Part shown: piece after piece, positions 49,436-58,821 of the stretch
Layout of the letters: every line of letters starts with the position of its first letter
How positions within the stretch are numbered: position 1 is the first letter of the stretch
Source: Candidatus Kapaibacterium sp.
GTDB lineage: Bacteria > Bacteroidota > Ignavibacteria > Kapaibacteriales > UBA2268
Length of the DNA: 64,000 nucleotides
NCBI GenBank assembly: GCA_026418625.1
Contig: JAOABA010000030.1
Location: 8,764-72,763, forward strand
Direction of reading: 5' to 3'
Program-made: the position numbers and the translations under genes
The notes under the pieces: model-generated
The model's database searches: none
Seen by the model: the letters and a program-made list of their open reading frames with translations, nothing else
What the model was told of the DNA's origin: nothing

Positions 49436-50100
49436 TGAAAGAGAAAATTTATATTTACAAAGCATTCGAAAGATTTTGGCACTGGATGCAATCGCTATTG
49501 ATTTTCTTTTTAGCTGCAACTGGTTTTGAAATTCATGGAATGTATAGTTTTTTTGGTTATCAGAATGCCGTAACCTATCACAATTTTGCTGCATATAGTT
49601 TTATCATACTAATAATTTTTGCTATTTTCTGGCATTTTTCCACTGGTGAATGGAGACAATACATTCCTACAACAAAATTTCTTAAGGCTCAATTAAATTA
49701 TTATCTGTTTGGAATTTTTCGTAATGAGCCTCATCCAACAAAGAAGACAGTCTTGAGTAAATTAAATCCACTTCAAAAATTGACTTATCTTGGGCTGAAA
49801 ATTCTTGTTATTCCGACAATGGTTATTTCTGGTCTGCTCTATATGAATTATAGATATCCACACGAAGGAAATATCGAGGGATTAAATATTGATTCGGTTG
49901 AAGTCATAGCAATTTTCCACACTGCGGGTGCTTTCCTTCTAATGGCTTTTGTTATTGTTCATCTTTATCTTATAACAACTGGTGAAACAATTACTTCAAA
50001 CTTAAAAGCTATGATAACTGGTTATGAAGAAATTGAAAAACAAGAGGATCCAAACAAAGAAATCAATTCAAATAATATTGAAGGAGAATTAACAAAATGA
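49435..50100 (+). CDS. Membrane cytochrome b (PhsC/HyaC-like)
   Basis: ERFWHW, TGFEIHG, K.NPLQKLTY, FH..GA...F.IVHLY. Confidence 0.88.
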   Translation: MKEKIYIYKAFERFWHWMQSLLIFFLAATGFEIHGMYSFFGYQNAVTYHNFAAYSFIILIIFAIFWHFSTGEWRQYIPTTKFLKAQLNYYLFGIFRNEPHPTKKTVLSKLNPLQKLTYLGLKILVIPTMVISGLLYMNYRYPHEGNIEGLNIDSVEVIAIFHTAGAFLLMAFVIVHLYLITTGETITSNLKAMITGYEEIEKQEDPNKEINSNNIEGELTK

Positions 50101-50612
50101 ACGAAACAAAATATATGAATCCTTATTTAGCTGGTTTTTTGTTAGGTCTTTTATTAATAATTACTATATTTATCACTGGGCGAGGTCTTGGTGCGAGTGG
50201 TGCTGTTAAGAGCGTTGTTGTAGCTTCAGTAAATACTGCAGCTCCCTCTCACGCTAATAATCAGAAGTTTTATGCTGAATACAACACCGAACATCAAGGA
50301 GAACCATTGAAAAACTGGCTTGTATTTGAATTAGTTGGCGTAGTAATTGGTGCTTTCATATCTGGTTTAATTTCCGATAGATTAAGCCTTAAATTTGAAC
50401 ACTCTCCTAAAATCAGAAGCACCACTCGATTTGTAGCTGCAATGCTTGGTGGAATATTATTTGGTTTTGGGTCGCAATTGGGGAGAGGTTGCACAAGCGG
50501 TGCTGCTTTGAGCGGGATGGCTGTCCTTTCAACTGGAGGTATTATTACTATGATGGCTATCTTTGGCGGTGCTTATCTTTTTGCTTATTTCTTTAGAAAA
50601 CTTTGGATTTAA
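50097..50612 (+). CDS. YeeE/YedE sulfur-compound transporter, half-size
   Basis: PYLAG..LG, GRGLGASG, GG.LFGFG.QL.RGCTSG. Confidence 0.88.
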   Translation: MNETKYMNPYLAGFLLGLLLIITIFITGRGLGASGAVKSVVVASVNTAAPSHANNQKFYAEYNTEHQGEPLKNWLVFELVGVVIGAFISGLISDRLSLKFEHSPKIRSTTRFVAAMLGGILFGFGSQLGRGCTSGAALSGMAVLSTGGIITMMAIFGGAYLFAYFFRKLWI

Positions 50613-50627
50613 TTTAGGGAGAAAAAA

Positions 50628-51815
50628 ATGGGACCATTAGTTCCTGATATAATTGGTAATGAATTAAATTATGTGGTAGCTCTTTTAATTGGTATTGCTT
50701 TTGGTTTTATTTTAGAGCAAGCAGGTTTCTCGACCTCCAAAAAACTTGTTGGATTATTTTATGGCTACGATTTCACTGTTCTAAGGGTATTCTTCACAGC
50801 TGGTGTAACTGGTATGATTGGAGTGATTGCTCTTGGACATTTTGGATTACTTGATTTAAATCTGATTTACGTTAATCCAACATTTCTATGGTCTGCTATT
50901 ATTGGTGGCTTTATTATGGGGCTTGGTTTTGTAATTGGGGGGTTCTGTCCGGGAACAAGTTTTTGTGCCGCAGCTATTGGTAAAACTGATGCAATGGTTT
51001 TTATCGTTGGACTTGTAATTGGAGTCTTTTTGTTTGCCGAAGGTTATCCAGCTCTTGAATCAATTTACAAAGCAGAAAATTGGGGATATGTAAGAATATT
51101 TGAAACATTGGGTCTTTCTCAAGGTGTTTTTGCTTTTCTTTTAACAACTGTTGCTATCGTAGCATTTTGGGCTGTAACATTCGTTGAAAAAAGAGTTAAT
51201 AAAGATTCAAATTTGAAACCCATACCTGTTTATGTTACTTTAAGCATTATTGCAATTATTATTGGGTTTTCAACCATATTTCTTCCCGACAGACGTGAAA
51301 GTTTATTAGCAAAAGTTGAAAAATCTGATGTATCGAAAACTGCTGATATTGAATTGATTACACCTGATGAATTAACTCTACGTTTAATTAGAAATGATAA
51401 AACATTGCAAATTATAGATTTTAGAAAAAAAGAAGATATAGATTCTATTACTTTACCAAACTCATTACCGATGAAAATCGAAGAGATGTTTGACAAAGAC
51501 TCAAAAAAAATACTTTCTAAACGTAGTAAAGATAATATTTTTGTTTGCTATGACGGTAGCGTTGCCAAAAAAGCGGCACTACTTGGTAAAGAGCTAGGAT
51601 ATGATAATATAATGGTTCTCGAAGGAGGTTTCAATCTTCTTAAAAATGAAATTATAAACTTTAAAGATTACAGTCTGTCAGAAAAAAAACCTGATGACAC
51701 ACATAGATTTAGGGCTGAAGCATCTTTGATACTGAATGAAAAAATTGCTGAAGCTAAGAAGAATAAAGCCGGAAGCGAAACGAAAAAATCCAAAAGAGTC
51801 ATTGGTGGATGTTAA
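50628..51815 (+). CDS. YeeE/YedE transporter fused to rhodanese-like domain, C-terminal IGGC
   Basis: G..FGFILEQAGF, GG.IMGLGF..GGFCPGT; then IIDFR, FVCYDG, VLEGG; ends KRVIGGC. Confidence 0.85.
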   Translation: MGPLVPDIIGNELNYVVALLIGIAFGFILEQAGFSTSKKLVGLFYGYDFTVLRVFFTAGVTGMIGVIALGHFGLLDLNLIYVNPTFLWSAIIGGFIMGLGFVIGGFCPGTSFCAAAIGKTDAMVFIVGLVIGVFLFAEGYPALESIYKAENWGYVRIFETLGLSQGVFAFLLTTVAIVAFWAVTFVEKRVNKDSNLKPIPVYVTLSIIAIIIGFSTIFLPDRRESLLAKVEKSDVSKTADIELITPDELTLRLIRNDKTLQIIDFRKKEDIDSITLPNSLPMKIEEMFDKDSKKILSKRSKDNIFVCYDGSVAKKAALLGKELGYDNIMVLEGGFNLLKNEIINFKDYSLSEKKPDDTHRFRAEASLILNEKIAEAKKNKAGSETKKSKRVIGGC

Positions 51816-51872
51816 AATAAATAATTTTCAAAATCGAGTATATTACTTTTTAGAAATATTTAGGAGATGATT

Positions 51873-52109
51873 ATGCCTACTTATGTATATAAATGCCAAG
51901 ATTGTAATACTAAATACGAGATTTTCTTCAAAACCAAAGAAATAAAAGAAGAAGTGGTTTGCCCATCTTGCAATTCTAAGGACGCAGTTAAGCAAGTTAC
52001 TGCAGCTAACGTTGGAGGATTTAGTTCATCAAAATCATTTGACAGTCTTCCAAGTTATCCGTCCTGCTCAACAGGAACTTGCTCGACTGGTATGTGCGGA
52101 TTAAATTAA
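51873..52109 (+). CDS. FmdB-family zinc-ribbon protein with Cys-rich tail
   Basis: MPTYVYKCQDC...CPSC.S; tail CSTGTCSTGMC; SD AGGAG. Confidence 0.85.
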   Translation: MPTYVYKCQDCNTKYEIFFKTKEIKEEVVCPSCNSKDAVKQVTAANVGGFSSSKSFDSLPSYPSCSTGTCSTGMCGLN

Positions 52110-52128
52110 AAAATAAATCCTGAATATT

Positions 52129-53841
52129 TTGTATTTTTCTCTAATGAAAAGTGCAATAATATTCGAGATGCAAAAAAAGGATTTTGTAATAATCCTTTTT
52201 TTATCTTCTTTTATATTTAGAATTGCATTCGTTGCCATAGCTGGTAATTATAAAAATCCTGATTTAGTTGAGCACGGCATAATTGCTAAAAATATGCTCA
52301 ATGGATATGGGTTTGCTATGCATTGGCTTTATCCTGCTATGACAGGACCAAATGTTGAAATTCAAAAATTGCCTCCAAAGTATGAAGGTGCTTTTATTCC
52401 CCCGCTAAATCCATTCATCATCTATCTTTTTTTTAAAATATTTGGTGATAATTCTTTATCCTACTTATTATTGATGATATTAAATTCTGTTTTTAGCAGT
52501 ATTTTTGTTATTATAATCTATTTTATAGCTAAAGAGTTCACCGATGAAAAAACTTCAAGATTAAGCGGGATAATATCTTTATTATTCTTACCTTCTATTG
52601 TTGGTGTAACAACCTTCAGTGGAACTGCACTTTATCAATTATTAGCAGGTTTGGTTCTTCTTTTTGCAATTAAGTCATATAAACAAGAAAAAGTTCAAAA
52701 TTTTGTGTTGCTTGGGATATTTTCGGGATTACTGACATTGACAAGAAGTGAGTTTCTGATTTTCAACTTTGTAATAGTTTTAACAATATTAATACTTCTG
52801 ATTAAAAAGAAAAATATTCCTAATAAAAAAATTGTAAAAAACCTTGCTATTTCAGTTTTCATTTTTGGATTAATTGTTTCACCTTGGATTATTAGGAATA
52901 CTTTATTATTTGGTCAATTTACTACAATAATAAGCCATCCTTGGCACGAGTTATGGCGGGGAAATAATCCACATAGTTCTGGTGGAGCCTCTTCAGAATA
53001 CCAATTGAATATCTGGGTCAGAAAACATCAATATCCTGAGATAATCAAGAAAATTGATAAATTGCCTTATAATCAACATTTTGAAATTGCAGTTGATAGC
53101 ATATTTAAGGAAGAGGTAATTAACTATTGGATAGAAAATCCTGATAAAACTATAAACACTTGGCTCAAAAGAGCTTTGTTCACAATAACAATTGACCCAT
53201 ATACACCAAGGGCAAGAAATCCAATTTATATCTTTTTTATTTTGCTTTCAATTGTCTCAGCCTTTATTGGTTTTAGGTGGGTAAGAAAAAATCATCCAGA
53301 AGGAGATTTTTCATATTTAATTTATGTTTCATTTCTTTTATCATATTTGATTTTAATCAGTATTGTTAACCTTGAAACAAGATATCAGATTTATTTGGTT
53401 TCTCTGATTCATCCATTTTCTGCAATTGGCTTTGTAGAAATTTATAACAGAATTAAAAACAAGCAATTAAAAATAAATTTGACTAAAAAGTCTATCCTAT
53501 CATATATCTTAATTTTTGTAGCAATGATTTATCTTTCTTTGCTCTATATTGATAAGGAGAAGGAATACAAGAACTTTAAAAAATTTGAAAATATGAATGT
53601 AGCTGGTAGAATTGATAAGATAGAAAATAAAAAAGAAAAAATTAGAGTTAAATTAAGAAATCATAATGAATGGTTAGAATTCCATCCGGGATACATCGAA
53701 GATCAAATAAATTATCCTTTCCTGAAAACTGCTAAAGTGGGGGACTCTTTGTATAAAGAATCAAACGCTGAAATTCTTTATTTGATTTCAGGAGAAAAAA
53801 CTCTGAAATACAGATATATTATTATTTATGGCAAAAAGTAA
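52129..53841 (+). CDS. Multi-TM glycosyltransferase (GT-C, ArnT/PMT-like) with extra C-terminal domain
   Basis: A.N.LNG.GF, PPL.P, LTRSE, SPWIIRN, LW.GNNP, ETRY; start uncertain (52129/52144/52168). Confidence 0.75.
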   Translation: MYFSLMKSAIIFEMQKKDFVIILFLSSFIFRIAFVAIAGNYKNPDLVEHGIIAKNMLNGYGFAMHWLYPAMTGPNVEIQKLPPKYEGAFIPPLNPFIIYLFFKIFGDNSLSYLLLMILNSVFSSIFVIIIYFIAKEFTDEKTSRLSGIISLLFLPSIVGVTTFSGTALYQLLAGLVLLFAIKSYKQEKVQNFVLLGIFSGLLTLTRSEFLIFNFVIVLTILILLIKKKNIPNKKIVKNLAISVFIFGLIVSPWIIRNTLLFGQFTTIISHPWHELWRGNNPHSSGGASSEYQLNIWVRKHQYPEIIKKIDKLPYNQHFEIAVDSIFKEEVINYWIENPDKTINTWLKRALFTITIDPYTPRARNPIYIFFILLSIVSAFIGFRWVRKNHPEGDFSYLIYVSFLLSYLILISIVNLETRYQIYLVSLIHPFSAIGFVEIYNRIKNKQLKINLTKKSILSYILIFVAMIYLSLLYIDKEKEYKNFKKFENMNVAGRIDKIENKKEKIRVKLRNHNEWLEFHPGYIEDQINYPFLKTAKVGDSLYKESNAEILYLISGEKTLKYRYIIIYGKK

Positions 53842-53941
53842 AAATAAAAGCAACACATAAAACCACAGAAAGTATATGAAAATATAACAATACAATTTCC
53901 GTTAATTATGTCTAATTTATGAGTTAATTTAAATTAAAAAA

Positions 53942-55408
53942 ATGAAAACGGCTATAATAATTGGATCAGGTTTTGGTGCATTATCACTTGGAATAAGGCT
54001 TCAAGCCGATAATTGGAATGTTAAGATATTTGAAAAAAATCAGGCTCCGGGTGGTCATGCTCAGCAATTTAAGAAAAATGGCTACACGTTCGATATGGGT
54101 CCCTCTCTTATTACTGCACCTGATATTTTAAAAAGTATTTTCATTAAAGCAGGTAAGGATTTAAATGATTATGTCAGTCTTGTTCCCTTAGACCCTTTTT
54201 ATCGAGTTTATTTTCACGACAAATCTTTTATCGATTACACCGGCGACTCTCAAAGAATGATAAATCAGATGAAGAATTTTAATCCTCAGGATGCAGATAA
54301 TTACAATAAATTTATTGATAAATCAAAGGAAATTTACAAAGCCGTTATTGAGGATGGTCTGGGTTCTACAGCTTTTAATAATTTAGGCATTATGCTCAAG
54401 TTCATACCAAGAGCAACAAAGCTAAATGCACTTTTACCAGCTTATTCTGTTGCCTCAAAATACTTTGAAGATTTCCGACATCGTTTTATGTTTTCATTTC
54501 ATCCTCTATTCATCGGAGGAAATCCATTCAAAGTTCCCTCAGTTTATCTAATGATATCATATTTAGAAAAAGCAGGAGGTGTCTGGTATACAATAGGTGG
54601 TATGTATAGCCTCGTTCAAGCTTTTGTTAGTGTTTTCAAAGAACTTGGGGGTGAACTTTATACTAATTCTGAAGTGAATGAGATACCTGTAAAGGATGGA
54701 AAAGCAATTGGTATAATTTCAAATGATAAATTTTATGAAGCTGATATAGTTATTTCGAACGCTGATGTTACAAGGACTTATTCAATACTAAAATCAAAGG
54801 ACGAAAGCTATCGAAATGGAAATGTTAGTGGTAAATACTCAATGAGTGCTTTCCTGATGTTTCTTGGGGTTAAGAAAAAATATCCTGAATTACTTCATCA
54901 CACAATTATTTTATCTCACCGCTATAAAGAATTGGTAACAGATATTTTCGATAGGCATATTCTTCCAGATGATTTTTCAATGTATGTTCACGTTCCTTCT
55001 AAAACAGATCCATCAATGGCTCCTGAAGGCTGTGACAGCATCTATATTCTTGTTCCTGTAACTAACCTTCAAGCTGGAGTTGATTGGGACAAAGAAAAAA
55101 CTACTTATGGAGATAAAATCATCAACTTCCTTGAAAATAATTTTGGTCTTGAAGATTTTAAAAATAATATTGACTTTATAGATTATTTCACCCCAAAAGA
55201 TTTTTTATTACAAAGAAATTCTGCTTTTGGCACTCCTTGGGGTTTAGAACCTGTATTAACACAAACAGCATATTTCAGGCAACATAATCAAAGCAAGAAA
55301 ATCAAGAACTTATTTTTTGTTGGAGCTGGAACCCATCCCGGTGCCGGACTACCGGGGGTAATGTTATCAGCTGAAGCAACTGAAAAGTTAATAAAAAAAT
55401 ATCATTAA
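53942..55408 (+). CDS. crtI: Phytoene desaturase
   Basis: IIGSGFG.L, GYTFDMGPS, FHPLFIGGNP, NLFFVGAGTHPGAGLPGV..SA. Confidence 0.93.
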   Translation: MKTAIIIGSGFGALSLGIRLQADNWNVKIFEKNQAPGGHAQQFKKNGYTFDMGPSLITAPDILKSIFIKAGKDLNDYVSLVPLDPFYRVYFHDKSFIDYTGDSQRMINQMKNFNPQDADNYNKFIDKSKEIYKAVIEDGLGSTAFNNLGIMLKFIPRATKLNALLPAYSVASKYFEDFRHRFMFSFHPLFIGGNPFKVPSVYLMISYLEKAGGVWYTIGGMYSLVQAFVSVFKELGGELYTNSEVNEIPVKDGKAIGIISNDKFYEADIVISNADVTRTYSILKSKDESYRNGNVSGKYSMSAFLMFLGVKKKYPELLHHTIILSHRYKELVTDIFDRHILPDDFSMYVHVPSKTDPSMAPEGCDSIYILVPVTNLQAGVDWDKEKTTYGDKIINFLENNFGLEDFKNNIDFIDYFTPKDFLLQRNSAFGTPWGLEPVLTQTAYFRQHNQSKKIKNLFFVGAGTHPGAGLPGVMLSAEATEKLIKKYH

Positions 55409-55419
55409 ATTAAAAATTT

Positions 55420-56409
55420 ATGGAATTAGCAAAAATACTTGAACCAATAAATATATATTTTGATGAATTTGAAAGAAGATATTCAGAATACTTAATGTCT
55501 GATTCGAAATTCATCAATGATATTTTGGAATATTCACTTAATCACAAGGGTAAGAGAATAAGACCTGCATTAGTTTTCTTATCGGCAAGGGTTTGTTCTC
55601 CCGATAAAATTAATGAAGATGATATTGAAAGAATGATTAAGTCAGCTATATTAGTTGAATTAATCCACAGTGCTTCATTAATGCACGATGACGTTATAGA
55701 TAATTCAGAATATCGAAGGGGTTCAAAAACAATTAATTCCAAATGGAACAACCAGACTGCCATTTTATCAGGCGATTATTTACTATCAAAAGCTCTACAA
55801 TTAGCATCAGAATTAGGCTTTGATTATACAAAATTAATCATTACTACATTTAACCAAATGTGTCTTGGTGAGCTTTATCAGCTCGAAAGAGTTAAAGATA
55901 TTAATCTAACTGAAAAGGAGTATTTCCAGAATATAAAGTATAAGACCGGTGAATTGCTTGGAGCCTGTTGTGCATTAGGAGCTATGTCAGTGAATGCTTC
56001 AGATAAACAAGTCGAATCTTTAAGAAAGTTTGGTGAAAATTTAGGTATAGCATATCAAATTAAAGATGATTTGATTGATTATGTTTATGATGTTGAAGTT
56101 TCCGGGAAATCTGCTTTTAATGATATAAAGAATAAAAAAGTAACTTTACCTTTAATACACTCACTTAATTCATCTCTTGAACAGGAAAAAGCAGAATTAT
56201 CCAGAATTTTCAAAAACGGGGAAGTTACCGATGAGTCTGTCTTAGTTATTACAGAAATTATCAATAAATCAAACAGTGTTCAATATTGTAAAATGATTTC
56301 AGAAAAAATACTGAATGACTCAATCAAAGAACTCAATTCTTTGGAACCATCACCATATAAGGACTCTTTACAAGCACTTTGTGATTTCGTAAGGCATAGG
56401 AATTATTAA
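55420..56409 (+). CDS. Polyprenyl diphosphate synthase (CrtE/IspB-like)
   Basis: GKRIRP, ELIH.ASL.HDDVID...RRG, KTG, GIAYQIKDD. Confidence 0.9.
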   Translation: MELAKILEPINIYFDEFERRYSEYLMSDSKFINDILEYSLNHKGKRIRPALVFLSARVCSPDKINEDDIERMIKSAILVELIHSASLMHDDVIDNSEYRRGSKTINSKWNNQTAILSGDYLLSKALQLASELGFDYTKLIITTFNQMCLGELYQLERVKDINLTEKEYFQNIKYKTGELLGACCALGAMSVNASDKQVESLRKFGENLGIAYQIKDDLIDYVYDVEVSGKSAFNDIKNKKVTLPLIHSLNSSLEQEKAELSRIFKNGEVTDESVLVITEIINKSNSVQYCKMISEKILNDSIKELNSLEPSPYKDSLQALCDFVRHRNY

Positions 56410-56411
56410 AA

Positions 56412-57296
56412 ATGAATTATATTTCTAAAGATCCACTATTGGAGCCTTATATTAATTTTTCTAAATCAATTATTAAACATTATGCTAAAAGTTTCTATTT
56501 TGCTTCAGCTTTCCTCCCCAAAGAAAAGAGATTAGCTACCTATGTTATTTATTCATTTTGTCGTTATGTAGATAACATTATTGATAAACCACGAAAAAGA
56601 ACAAAAGAAGAATTAACTAATGAATTAGATTCGATTAAGGATGAGTTATCCAAAGCATATAAATATAGTGAATCAGAACATCCAATCCTCGGAATTTTTA
56701 TTAAAGTCATCAATCAATATCAAATACCCATTGAATATGCTTTTGATTTGATTGAAGGGGTCAGGATGGATTTAATATATGACAGATATGAAAATTTTGA
56801 TGAGCTTTATAAATTTTGTTATCGTGTGGCTTCTGTTGTTGGATTGATGATGACTTATATTCTTGGTTTTGAGGATAAAAGAGCGTTGATTTATGCTGAG
56901 AAGTTAGGCGTAGCAATGCAATTGACAAATATTTTACGTGATGTTAAAGAAGACAAAGAAAATGGGAAAATTTACTTGCCTTTGAACGAAATTAGGGAAT
57001 TTAATCTTACTGAAGATGATTTTATTAATGAGAGGTTTAATAGTAATTTTAAAGAATTTATTATTTTTCAAGTCAATAGAGCTCAAGCATATTATGAAGA
57101 ATCGAAAGCAGGAATTCCAATGCTCGACAAAGACTCTCGTTTTGCAATATATGCTGCTCTTAGAATTTATAGCGGAATTCTACAAGAGATAGTGAAAAAC
57201 GACTATAACGTATTTAAAGGACGGGCTTATGTATCAACTTCAAAAAAGATTCTTATATTGATATCCGAATATTTAAGTAATTTCTTCAGAAAGTAA
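56412..57296 (+). CDS. crtB: Phytoene synthase
   Basis: AKSFY.A..FLP, Y.FCR..DN..D, CYRVASVVG, AMQLTNILRDV.ED. Confidence 0.93.
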   Translation: MNYISKDPLLEPYINFSKSIIKHYAKSFYFASAFLPKEKRLATYVIYSFCRYVDNIIDKPRKRTKEELTNELDSIKDELSKAYKYSESEHPILGIFIKVINQYQIPIEYAFDLIEGVRMDLIYDRYENFDELYKFCYRVASVVGLMMTYILGFEDKRALIYAEKLGVAMQLTNILRDVKEDKENGKIYLPLNEIREFNLTEDDFINERFNSNFKEFIIFQVNRAQAYYEESKAGIPMLDKDSRFAIYAALRIYSGILQEIVKNDYNVFKGRAYVSTSKKILILISEYLSNFFRK

Positions 57297-57325
57297 TCAA
57301 TTAAAAGAGAATGGAGAAATGATTT

Positions 57326-57772
57326 ATGAATATAGTTATAAATATATCTGCTTTTATTCTATCCTTTGTTATAATGGAATTTGTTGCTTGGTTTATGCAT
57401 AAATATGTTATGCATGGATTTCTTTGGAATCTTCATCGAGACCATCATCAAGGAGCAAAAGGGAAGCTTCATAATAATGACTGGTTTATTTTGATGTTTG
57501 CATTGCCAAGTATGGCAGGTATTTTTTTTGGTTTATATCTAAAAATTTCTGTTTTGATATGGATTGGTGCTGGAATAGCACTATATGGACTGGTATATTT
57601 CCTCATCCATGAAAGTTTCATTCATCAGAGATTCAAAATTTTTCCAAAACATATTGATAACTATTATTTTAAAGGAATAAAAAAAGCACATCGGATGCAT
57701 CATAGCCACATAAACAAAGAAAATGGCGAATCATTCGGTTTACTGGTTGTTTCCAAAAAGTATTTTCAATAA
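57326..57772 (+). CDS. crtZ: Beta-carotene hydroxylase
   Basis: ME..AW..HKYVMHG.LW.LH.DHH, YF..H...IHQR, AHR.HH, SFG. Confidence 0.92.
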   Translation: MNIVINISAFILSFVIMEFVAWFMHKYVMHGFLWNLHRDHHQGAKGKLHNNDWFILMFALPSMAGIFFGLYLKISVLIWIGAGIALYGLVYFLIHESFIHQRFKIFPKHIDNYYFKGIKKAHRMHHSHINKENGESFGLLVVSKKYFQ

Positions 57773-57787
57773 TAGAATTATTATCTG

Positions 57788-58465
57788 ATGGAATATACTT
57801 ACCTACTAATCAATTTAGCAATTATTATAGTTCCTCTTTTTTTTAGTTTTGAAAAAAAAATCAGGTTTATCAGTCATTGGAAAGCCTTCATACCAGCAAT
57901 TTCCATTACAGGTCTGATTTTCATTATTTGGGATATAATTTTTACCGATATCGGTGTTTGGAGCTTCAATAAGGATTATTTAACGGGAATTTATATCTTT
58001 AATCTACCAATTGAAGAAATTTTATTTTTCATAACTGTTCCTTATTCCTGCCTTTTTGTTTTTGCTGTTGTGGATTTTTATCTACCTGAGAAAAAAAAAT
58101 ATGATTTCTTAAAAATAATATATCTTGTCTTGTCCTTGTTTTTATTATTTTTTGGTTTTATTAATATCAATAGATTATATACCAGTGTTACTTTTATTAG
58201 CCTATCAGTGGTTTTAGTAATGACATCATATATTTTCAAATTTAAAAAAATGAGAAATTTTTCCATTACCTTCATCTTATCATTAATTCCATTCCTTATT
58301 TTCAATGGATTACTAACATCCATTCCTGTAGTGATTTATAATAATTATGAGAATTTGGGTTTTAGGATTTTTTCAATCCCGTTCGAAGATATCTTCTATG
58401 GAATGCTTCTAATTCTTATCAATGTATTAATCTATACCCATTTCAATAAAAAAATTCAGAAATAG
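57788..58465 (+). CDS. Membrane lycopene cyclase (fused CrtYc/Yd type)
   Basis: Two repeats: IWD....GVW.F..LPIEE.LFF and NG.LT..IPFED..Y; last gene of crt cluster. Confidence 0.85.
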   Translation: MEYTYLLINLAIIIVPLFFSFEKKIRFISHWKAFIPAISITGLIFIIWDIIFTDIGVWSFNKDYLTGIYIFNLPIEEILFFITVPYSCLFVFAVVDFYLPEKKKYDFLKIIYLVLSLFLLFFGFININRLYTSVTFISLSVVLVMTSYIFKFKKMRNFSITFILSLIPFLIFNGLLTSIPVVIYNNYENLGFRIFSIPFEDIFYGMLLILINVLIYTHFNKKIQK

Positions 58466-58601
58466 CAATTCTGAAACCTGTGTGAATTAATTATTAAAAA
58501 AAATTAAATTTTTTTTTGATTAGATTGATTTTTTCATTACATTACGATTAATTATTAACACAATATTAATTTTATTGTGTAATTAAAGGGGGCGAAAATA
58601 A

Positions 58602-58709
58602 ATGAAAATTGATAGTTATGAATTTAACCCATTTAAGGGAAATAAGAAAAATGGTATTTTTATACCGATGATAAATCACTTTATTTGCTATCCAAGACCA
58701 CCTAACTAA
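58602..58709 (+). CDS. Putative 35-aa leader peptide upstream of susC ending in RPP
   Basis: AAAGGGGG SD 9 nt before ATG; MKIDSYEFNPFKGNKKNGIFIPMINHFICYPRPPN*. Confidence 0.35.
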   Translation: MKIDSYEFNPFKGNKKNGIFIPMINHFICYPRPPN

Positions 58710-58821
58710 AAAAATCAATTTTAATAAAGCATTCAATTGAGAATTCTTGTCAGAAATTAATACCTTTTTTAAAAATAAGTCCTTTTTTTACAATTTATGT
58801 ATCATTAATAGTGTAGGTTTT

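Noticed and set aside
47855-52109. Selenocysteine read-through in the YeeE/OTR operon
   Set aside because: Relevant positions are TGT/TGC Cys codons; the one TGA stop (cyt b, 50098-50100) overlaps the next ATG as ordinary coupling
53828-53922. Possible frameshifted gene start MAKSKNK.. after the glycosyltransferase
   Set aside because: Only 10 codons to a stop; too little sequence to call a pseudogene
58466-58821. Riboswitch or replication origin in the AT-rich gap before susC
   Set aside because: No recognisable cobalamin/TPP/SAM consensus and no DnaA-box cluster by eye; an Rfam scan would be needed to exclude fully
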